Below are positions 26,569 to 32,703 of a stretch of DNA of 32,703 bases, one piece after another. The notes under the pieces are model-generated. The model did no database searches and was not told where the DNA came from. It saw only the letters and a program-made list of their open reading frames with translations. The stretch lies in the IMG/VR virus record IMGVR_UViG_3300011114_000182, positions 1 through 32,703 of that record; one strand, 5' to 3'. The stretch comes from a virus (Duplodnaviria > Caudoviricetes). A program made the translations under genes and the position numbers. Within the stretch, counting starts at the first letter, position 1; each line of letters opens with the position of its first letter.

Positions 26569-27375
26569 ATGCTAAACATAATTAACCCCGAAGAGATGAA
26601 TCCAATCTTCACACAACTGATTGCAGACTTCAGACGCACACAAGTCAGTAGGTTTCCAATTACTGTCACTGCTCGCAACTTTGGTAGTTTGATTGTCTTT
26701 GAGGACAGCAGATTCCCTGCCAAGAACACGAAGGTGCATAACATCGTGGGCACACTGCGTGACTGCGGTTTAGACAAGAACAGCAAACAAGTTTATGAGG
26801 TGCGTAGCAGACTAATTAACAACGAGAAGTATGCACAGCACAACGATGACTACTACTCAAGAACAACCAATGACCCCAAGAAGGTCAGTAAGTTCCTCAA
26901 GGATTACTTCAAGCCGTTCGCACCAAGCGAGATCGCAGGGCTTACATCTAGTAGGTTCAGTAACCATGATGACGAGTGGCGTGATGAGTTCAGATGGAAG
27001 CTTAGAGATGTGGTTGCAATAGAGCCAAGCGAATTATTCGCTGAAGTACAGTATCTTCAAGCTCATGGTGTAGAGTTTCAGTCAGACAAGTTTAAGCGTA
27101 TCGTTACAGAAGGCATGCCAATGTTTACTGAACACATGCGTAGGAAGAACGAATCTCGCAAGGCGACACATGTCTTTATCAATCCTGATGAATCTACGCA
27201 AGTTACTTTTGGTGACTTCAACTATACCTATCAGAGTATGGGAGAGATGCCCGAGAACATGCAACAACAAGTTGCTATGTTGCGTATGGTTGAGGCTGAC
27301 ACATTCATCCCCGAGGTCGGCATGAAGATGAGTACAAATACCTATTGGATTTACGCAACACCCGAACAAAATTAA
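26569..27375 (+). CDS. Hypothetical protein
   Basis: 268 aa; AAGGAG SD immediately after palindrome variant. Confidence 0.75.
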   Translation: MLNIINPEEMNPIFTQLIADFRRTQVSRFPITVTARNFGSLIVFEDSRFPAKNTKVHNIVGTLRDCGLDKNSKQVYEVRSRLINNEKYAQHNDDYYSRTTNDPKKVSKFLKDYFKPFAPSEIAGLTSSRFSNHDDEWRDEFRWKLRDVVAIEPSELFAEVQYLQAHGVEFQSDKFKRIVTEGMPMFTEHMRRKNESRKATHVFINPDESTQVTFGDFNYTYQSMGEMPENMQQQVAMLRMVEADTFIPEVGMKMSTNTYWIYATPEQN

Positions 27376-27386
27376 TTCTCAAACTA

Positions 27387-27415
27387 TTGACAAACCTATA
27401 AGAGTTCCATATATT
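27387..27415 (+). promoter_or_regulatory. sigma70 promoter for the replication block
   Basis: TTGACA (27387-27392)-17 bp-TATATT (27410-27415). Confidence 0.7.
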
Positions 27416-27421
27416 ATGGAT

Positions 27422-27727
27422 ATGAGGGTTAAAAAGCCGTATGTAGCGAGAGTAGTGTTGACTGATGATGGTGGGTGGCATCACATAGATGTTCTAAACA
27501 ACTACTCATTCGTGATTGATACATTGATGCATGGTACGAAAGTGCCTGACTATGTAGAGGAGCGCATAGCTTTACTGAAGCTGTGTGAGATCAACAAGCG
27601 TAAGAAAGGAGAGAAGCTAGGTAGAAGAACAGGAGATGGTACATTGGTGATGTATCTCAGCTACGATGAGTACATCGAATTAAAAAATCTATTTAAAGAG
27701 TGCAAAAATGAAAAAGATTCCAGTTAA
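27422..27727 (+). CDS. Hypothetical protein (possibly leaderless)
   Basis: ATG 27416 abuts the -10 box so is unlikely to be transcribed; ATG 27422 sits at the expected +1. Confidence 0.6.
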   Translation: MRVKKPYVARVVLTDDGGWHHIDVLNNYSFVIDTLMHGTKVPDYVEERIALLKLCEINKRKKGEKLGRRTGDGTLVMYLSYDEYIELKNLFKECKNEKDSS

Positions 27728-28136
27728 TGTAAGAGTATTGCGTGCCGTGGCAACAACTATGCCCAAGGGTGCGAAGGTTAAAGATATTGTCAAGATCACA
27801 GGCATGGTAAGCCAAAGCGTGTCTGCGTGTTTGTGGAAGCTTAAAGATCAGGGCAAGATCAATAGAGATGATGGGTTCTACAAGATTAACGACTATGTAT
27901 TAACAGATGTTAATAAGCCAGTCGAAACAATACCCGCTACGCTCGAAGCGAATGATGAGAGCGAGACTCTCACACTTGGCAAGGTTGCACGAAAACTTGC
28001 ACAAGAGAACGAACGCCTCAAGAACGAGGTACGCAACATGGAGAAGTCGTGGCGTGAAGCCCGACAATCCTCACTGGAGTTTGAACGCAAGTACTTTGAT
28101 GCGCTTGCCGTTATCAGCTACCTAGAATCCAAGTAA
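27708..28136 (+). CDS. Winged-helix DNA-binding protein with C-terminal coiled coil
   Basis: VKDIVKITGM..QSVSACLWKLKDQGKI..DGFY. Confidence 0.65.
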   Translation: MKKIPVNVRVLRAVATTMPKGAKVKDIVKITGMVSQSVSACLWKLKDQGKINRDDGFYKINDYVLTDVNKPVETIPATLEANDESETLTLGKVARKLAQENERLKNEVRNMEKSWREARQSSLEFERKYFDALAVISYLESK

Positions 28137-28486
28137 TGGCTACACCTGAAGCAAAGGTTAAAGCTAAAGTCAAAAACCTGCTAGCGAGGTATAAGGTGTA
28201 TTTCTTTATGCCCGCTACGCATGGTTACGGCTCATCGGGTGTGCCCGACATTGTTGCATGCATGCAAGGAAAATTCATTGGCATCGAAGTTAAAGCAAAT
28301 GGCGGTGTGCCTACTGCTTTGCAGATGAAGAACTTGATGAGTATCGTGGACAACAAGGGTATCTCCATCATCATTGACGAGACAGGCATAGGTTTGTTTC
28401 AGTTAATGCTTGCGACATGGATAACAAGTGGCGTGCCCAAAGAAGGATACATCGCAGAACTGTTCAAGCAAGAGGATGCTACATGA
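28136..28486 (+). CDS. VRR-NUC (PD-(D/E)xK) nuclease / resolvase-like
   Basis: TPEAKVK...GVPDIV...FIGIEVKA...PTALQ. Confidence 0.85.
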   Translation: MATPEAKVKAKVKNLLARYKVYFFMPATHGYGSSGVPDIVACMQGKFIGIEVKANGGVPTALQMKNLMSIVDNKGISIIIDETGIGLFQLMLATWITSGVPKEGYIAELFKQEDAT

Positions 28487-28692
28487 GGAGTAGACCAACT
28501 GATGGTACTGCTAGGCGGTTGACCCGCATACTGCATGGCAAGTACGCAGTCTCTATAAAAGATGTTGCTAGGTTACTGCACATAAGTGACCGGCATGCAT
28601 GGAGGTTTATTGATCGCCTCGTTAAAGAAGGCGTCATTGAACTGCGATACCGACAACGATACAACTACTATTCTGTTAGGAGGAATAAATGA
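28483..28692 (+). CDS. Small winged-helix protein
   Basis: Start MRSRP by ATGA overlap, GAGG SD; SIKDVARLLHISDRHAWRFIDRLVKEGVI. Confidence 0.65.
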   Translation: MRSRPTDGTARRLTRILHGKYAVSIKDVARLLHISDRHAWRFIDRLVKEGVIELRYRQRYNYYSVRRNK

Positions 28693-28982
28693 AGATACAA
28701 CAAATGAGTCATGCGCTCAAGGTAATGCGCGATAAGTATGGGCTCGATGCGACTGACCTAGAACTGTTGGGTGAATTTGTGCACCTTGAGAATGATGTAA
28801 CTATCATGGATTTTATTGCCGCATTTAGTGGGGCTTCTCAAGCAACAACCCATTCACGCATAAAGAGATTGTGTGAAAAGAACATTCTCAAGAAGGTTGA
28901 TGTGTCTGACAACCTACGCTACAAAACCTTGGAGAAAGGCTCCGAGTACAACAATCTAATCAAGGTATTGGAGAAGCTATGA
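28689..28982 (+). CDS. MarR-like winged-helix protein
   Basis: GL..TDLELL...SQATTHSRIKRLCEKNILKK...D.LR; AGGAGG SD. Confidence 0.65.
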   Translation: MKIQQMSHALKVMRDKYGLDATDLELLGEFVHLENDVTIMDFIAAFSGASQATTHSRIKRLCEKNILKKVDVSDNLRYKTLEKGSEYNNLIKVLEKL

Positions 28983-29278
28983 GCACTAAAGAACCCGCTG
29001 AGATGAACAACGCACCAGTTGATGTTGAGCAAGTGTTTAAAGACATGTTCGATAAAGTGACCGAAGAGGTTAAAGATGGATTGGACAATGACTCTGTAGC
29101 TGTTGCAACCATACTAGATGACAAGATCAACCAACGGATTGATGTAGTCTTTAGAGAACATTGGAACAGAACTTTACGCAATTATATTAACACCCGCATC
29201 TCTGAAGAAGTTGCAGAACACGCCACACTCTTGGGTAAACGCTTGGGTGAGTTACAAGGAAATCGAGGTGAACTATGA
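28979..29278 (+). CDS. Hypothetical helical protein
   Basis: 99 aa; ATGA overlaps; GGAG SD. Confidence 0.65.
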   Translation: MSTKEPAEMNNAPVDVEQVFKDMFDKVTEEVKDGLDNDSVAVATILDDKINQRIDVVFREHWNRTLRNYINTRISEEVAEHATLLGKRLGELQGNRGEL

Positions 29279-29661
29279 GCGAAGAAAAAATATTCTCAGG
29301 TGTTGATGCCCTGATTGAACGCATGGAGTTGTACCCCGAAGAATTCTTTGAGAATGGGGAAAAGCGCAGTCGATGGACGTTTATATATAAGGACTATTTC
29401 CGTGATGCCATGACCGAGGCAGAGAAAGGTCGCATACATGAAGCAGTACGCAAGATGCGTAGGTTGGAGTTCGATGCCACTGTACTCAAAGAGTTGATGA
29501 AAGAAGATGCGCCTGAAGAGGGTGTCCCTGTAACATCTATTGGTAAGCAAGGCACTACTGGTACATACAACACTGGTCTTGGTAACTCTGCATTATCAAA
29601 CATGCACCAACAAAATAGTTTGTGGAACGCACCCATCAAGAAAAAAGGAGGCAGGGTATGA
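29275..29661 (+). CDS. Hypothetical protein
   Basis: 128 aa; GAGGTG SD. Confidence 0.7.
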   Translation: MSEEKIFSGVDALIERMELYPEEFFENGEKRSRWTFIYKDYFRDAMTEAEKGRIHEAVRKMRRLEFDATVLKELMKEDAPEEGVPVTSIGKQGTTGTYNTGLGNSALSNMHQQNSLWNAPIKKKGGRV

Positions 29662-30074
29662 AATTCATGGAAAAGATTTATCGTGTTTTCTGTGCTGACG
29701 AGGTGAAGCTGATGCTCAATCACATGGAAGAAAACTTAGCTGACTTTGATGACCACAATAACAAGTGGTCTGAAATATTTTGCGCTAAAGAATACACCAC
29801 TGTAGAAAGAGCCGCACTTGGCTTTGCATATAAACGGCTGAAGAAAAACTTGAAGCGGCAGAAGTTGCTTGCGCAAATATTGAGTCAGAAGTTAAACCCT
29901 GAAAAAGTAGAGCACTCATCAAATTCAGTAACATCTTGGCGTACATCGGGTTCAACAATGTCTGCATTACACAGCCAAGCACTAACGGGGCAACAAGCGC
30001 AGTACAACCAACAACTTGCGCAACAAATGCAACGACAATATGAGTTGGCACTGCACAACTACAAACAACCATGA
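29658..30074 (+). CDS. Hypothetical protein
   Basis: Start MKFMEK by ATGA overlap with AGGAGG SD; Q-rich tail. Confidence 0.65.
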   Translation: MKFMEKIYRVFCADEVKLMLNHMEENLADFDDHNNKWSEIFCAKEYTTVERAALGFAYKRLKKNLKRQKLLAQILSQKLNPEKVEHSSNSVTSWRTSGSTMSALHSQALTGQQAQYNQQLAQQMQRQYELALHNYKQP

Positions 30075-31897
30075 ACATCATTACTGTTGATTTTGAGACC
30101 TACTACGGCAAGGACTTGGGCTTCAAAACCCATACTACCGAGGAATATGTACGCCATGAGGACTTTGAAGTTATTGGTGTGGCTGTTGCTGTTGATGATG
30201 GAGAAGCAACTTGGTTCTCAGGCCCGGCCAGTGATATAAAGACATTCCTAAACAAGTTTGACTGGAGCAATTCATTCGCTCTGGCCCACAACACCCAATT
30301 CGATGGGGCAATCCTTAACTGGATATTTGGGATACAACCCAAGGGCTACCTAGATACACTGTGCATGGCTCGGGCTTTGCATGGAGTTGAGGCGGGTGGT
30401 AGTCTGAAAGTATTGGCAGAACGATACAAGATTGGTGTCAAGGGTACTGAGGTTGATGATGCGTATGGCAAACGCAGAAAAGACTTTACACCCGAAGCAC
30501 TTGAGCAGTATGGAAGCTACTGCCGTAACGATGTAGGTTTGTGCAAGACACTATTTAATATCTTCATGGAGAAGTTCCCCGTGAAAGAGTTAAAGGTTAT
30601 TGATACTACTCTGCGTATGTTCGTTGAACCAACGCTCAGGCTTAACCTACCGATGCTTGAGTCTCATCTTGAGACAGTCAAGGAACGCAAAGCCAAACTA
30701 CTTGCTGTAGCTGAAGCTGATAAAGATTCTTTGATGAGCAACGACAAGTTTGCTGAGTTGTTGAAGTTGTTGGGGGTCGAGCCTCCTACTAAGATTAGCG
30801 CACGCACAGGCAAGCAAGCGTGGGCATTTGCCAAGACTGACGAGGAGTTCAAGGTACTGCTAGAACATCCTGACCCAAGGGTACAAGCACTGGTGAGCGC
30901 ACGATTAGGTAATAAGACAACCTTAGAAGAAACACGCACACAAAGATTTATTGACATTGCATTGCGTGGGTCACTCCCAGTACCAATTAAATACTATGCC
31001 GCCCATACAGGCAGATGGGGAGGTGACGACAAGATTAACTTGCAGAACCTACCGAGCCGTGGGCAGAACGCAAACAAGTTGAAGTTGTCGATTGAAGCAC
31101 CCGAAGGCTATGTGATTATTGACTCAGACTCATCACAGATTGAGGCAAGAACAGTTGCGTGGTTGGCAGGGCAGAACGATTTGGTGGAAGCATTTGACAA
31201 GGGCGAAGATGTTTACAAGATCATGGCGTCAGCTATTTATGGCAAGGATGAATCAGAGATTACGAAGGAAGAAAGATTTGTCGGTAAGACTACGATTCTC
31301 GGAGCAGGGTATGGCATGGGTGGTGCGAAGTTCCAAACTCAACTCAAAACATTTGGTGTTGAGATGCAAGCGGACGAGTGTGCGAGGATTATTTCGGTCT
31401 ACCGCAGTCGCTATTCAAAAGTCCCTGCGCTATGGAGACAAGCCCAAGGGTGCGTTGAAGCCCTCGTTAACAACCAAGGAGCAACTTTTGGGGAAGTTGA
31501 TGCGGTCGTATTCGATGCCTCCCAAGGTGGATTCCTCCTCCCAAGTGGACTATGGCAAAAGTACGAAGGGCTGACCAAAGTATTTGACCCTGAAGGTAAG
31601 GCTCAATACCAATACAAAACCCGCAAGGGTATCGTTAAGATTTATGGTGGCAAGGTCGTTGAGAACATCTGTCAAGCCGTTGCTCGATGTGTTATTGCTG
31701 AACAGATGTTGAAAATAGCCAAGCGATACAAGGTCGTGCTGACTGTGCATGATGCTGTTGCTTGTATTGCCAAAGAAGATGAAGCGAAGGAGGCGCAAGA
31801 TTATGTCGAACAATGCATGCGATGGAGACCCACTTGGTGTCAGACACTACCGCTTAACTGCGAGTCAGGGGTCGGGCGGAGTTATGGTGACTGTTGA
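30071..31897 (+). CDS. polA: DNA polymerase family A with 3'-5' exonuclease domain
   Basis: Exo I DFET, Exo II HNTQFD, Exo III YCRND; HTGRW, NLQNLP; motif A DSSQIEAR; motif B RFVGKTTILGAGYG; motif C VHDA. Confidence 0.93.
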   Translation: MNIITVDFETYYGKDLGFKTHTTEEYVRHEDFEVIGVAVAVDDGEATWFSGPASDIKTFLNKFDWSNSFALAHNTQFDGAILNWIFGIQPKGYLDTLCMARALHGVEAGGSLKVLAERYKIGVKGTEVDDAYGKRRKDFTPEALEQYGSYCRNDVGLCKTLFNIFMEKFPVKELKVIDTTLRMFVEPTLRLNLPMLESHLETVKERKAKLLAVAEADKDSLMSNDKFAELLKLLGVEPPTKISARTGKQAWAFAKTDEEFKVLLEHPDPRVQALVSARLGNKTTLEETRTQRFIDIALRGSLPVPIKYYAAHTGRWGGDDKINLQNLPSRGQNANKLKLSIEAPEGYVIIDSDSSQIEARTVAWLAGQNDLVEAFDKGEDVYKIMASAIYGKDESEITKEERFVGKTTILGAGYGMGGAKFQTQLKTFGVEMQADECARIISVYRSRYSKVPALWRQAQGCVEALVNNQGATFGEVDAVVFDASQGGFLLPSGLWQKYEGLTKVFDPEGKAQYQYKTRKGIVKIYGGKVVENICQAVARCVIAEQMLKIAKRYKVVLTVHDAVACIAKEDEAKEAQDYVEQCMRWRPTWCQTLPLNCESGVGRSYGDC

Positions 31898-32363
31898 TCT
31901 GCGTAAGGGCAGACACTTTGATCGTAACTTTGATTGGTGTGTTCAATATGATGGGCTTCAGCCAACCTTACACAATTGGTTAGCACTAGATAAAGAATAT
32001 ACATACAAAGAGGGGTTACTTAATCTTTGGATAGACGGCATGCCGTTGAAAAGCATTGCGGGTATGGCGGGTATGCGTACTAGTGATTTAAGTAAAAAAC
32101 TTAACCCCATGAAAGAAGAATACTTTGGAAGGTGTTTAAACAATCATGCAAAGATTGAAGCAATTTTGAAGCGTGAAGACCCTGAGTACGACTACATGGT
32201 TTATCAAAAGACTGTGGTGAATGAACTGTGCGCACTGCTCATGGGTGGTGCCGAAATAAAAGATGTATTAGAACAAATGGCAAACTTAGGAGAAACAAAT
32301 GACTTGGCCTTTTCCCCCATTCCCAAACCCCAAGGACAAGGGCAACCGAGTCCCAAAATTTAA
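31884..32363 (+). CDS. Hypothetical protein, possible HTH
   Basis: Start MVTVDL (GGAG upstream) overlapping polymerase end; W.DGMPLKSIAGMAGM. Confidence 0.55.
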   Translation: MVTVDLRKGRHFDRNFDWCVQYDGLQPTLHNWLALDKEYTYKEGLLNLWIDGMPLKSIAGMAGMRTSDLSKKLNPMKEEYFGRCLNNHAKIEAILKREDPEYDYMVYQKTVVNELCALLMGGAEIKDVLEQMANLGETNDLAFSPIPKPQGQGQPSPKI

Positions 32364-32390
32364 CCCTGACAACCATGAGGATGCACCAAG

Positions 32391-32648
32391 ATGATTCACA
32401 CTGACGAAGACGATGAGTTTGCCCGCATCGAGCGTGAGGCAGAACTGCGTAAAGGACAACCATACCACTTTACCAAGCGTAAAGATGATGACGATGATAT
32501 TCAAGACTACGTTCGCCCTTGGGTTGGGCTGACAGAGGAGGAGATTAGATTGCAATGGTCTGAATTTTGGAAGACTGAGTGTCATCCTTGGGCAATTGAT
32601 TTTGCCAAAGCCATTGAAGCCAAACTCAAGGAAAAGAACAATGGATAA
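32391..32648 (+). CDS. Small hypothetical protein (RPWVGLT...FAKAIEAKLKEKN family)
   Basis: 85 aa; GAGG SD. Confidence 0.65.
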   Translation: MIHTDEDDEFARIEREAELRKGQPYHFTKRKDDDDDIQDYVRPWVGLTEEEIRLQWSEFWKTECHPWAIDFAKAIEAKLKEKNNG

Positions 32649-32703
32649 AGACGGATACCACGGCTATTACAGGGAAGAACCGTTTAAACAACGCCCTTGG
32701 GTT
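32641..32703 (+). CDS. Partial ORF, likely paralog of preceding gene
   Basis: AAGGA SD; MDKDGYHGYYREEPFKQRPWV runs off window; shares CGCCCTTGGGTT with 32514-32525. Confidence 0.5.
   Translation, partial: MDKDGYHGYYREEPFKQRPWV

Larger units (their letters stand above)
17790..27916 (+). repeat. Dispersed palindromic repeat TTAAC-N3/4-GTTAAT(AA), 16 copies
   Basis: Exact TTAACAGGAGTTAATAA at 19104, 19500, 20077, 20315, 20931, 21451, 23612, 25917; centre variants at 18398 (ACTT), 18523 (AGAT), 22465 (CGCT), 24827 (AGGT), 26543 (AGAT), 27900 (AGAT); 3-nt centre at 17790, 17967. Confidence 0.95.

Noticed and set aside
1-32703. tRNA, integrase, reverse transcriptase/DGR, introns or inteins in terL, portal or polA
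   Set aside because: None seen; these genes are uninterrupted and of ordinary length (a tRNAscan/Infernal run would be needed to exclude RNA genes fully)

Overview
The window is about 33 kb of a tailed dsDNA phage (Caudoviricetes) genome with podovirus-like morphogenesis genes. The gene style resembles uncultured freshwater phages (inference); the host is not identifiable from sequence. There are two divergent arms. LEFT (1-17341, minus strand) is the late/structural module: probable small terminase, large terminase, P22-like portal, GroES co-chaperonin, scaffold-like protein, Mu-gpT-type major capsid protein followed by a terminator and a pseudoknotted RNA, a cluster of small basic proteins, head-tail adaptor-like proteins, and a tail fibre that runs off the window. 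RIGHT (17891-32703, plus strand) is the early/replication module: many small ORFs, a MoxR-type AAA+ ATPase plus VWA/HExxH partner, a type I phosphoribosyltransferase, three winged-helix proteins, a VRR-NUC nuclease and a family A DNA polymerase. The most striking unexplained structures are: (1) 16 copies of a palindrome TTAAC-N3/4-GTTAAT(AA) (8 exact TTAACAGGAGTTAATAA), seen only at 17.8-27.9 kb, which at gene junctions can supply stop codon, Shine-Dalgarno and an operator-like dyad together; (2) a 300-bp non-coding element with five TGTTCC and five GGAACA hexamers at exact mirror positions around 18700 plus two IHF consensus sites (candidate origin); (3) near absence of CCGG and GGCC from the early arm only. 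All counts were made by eye and no database searches were run.
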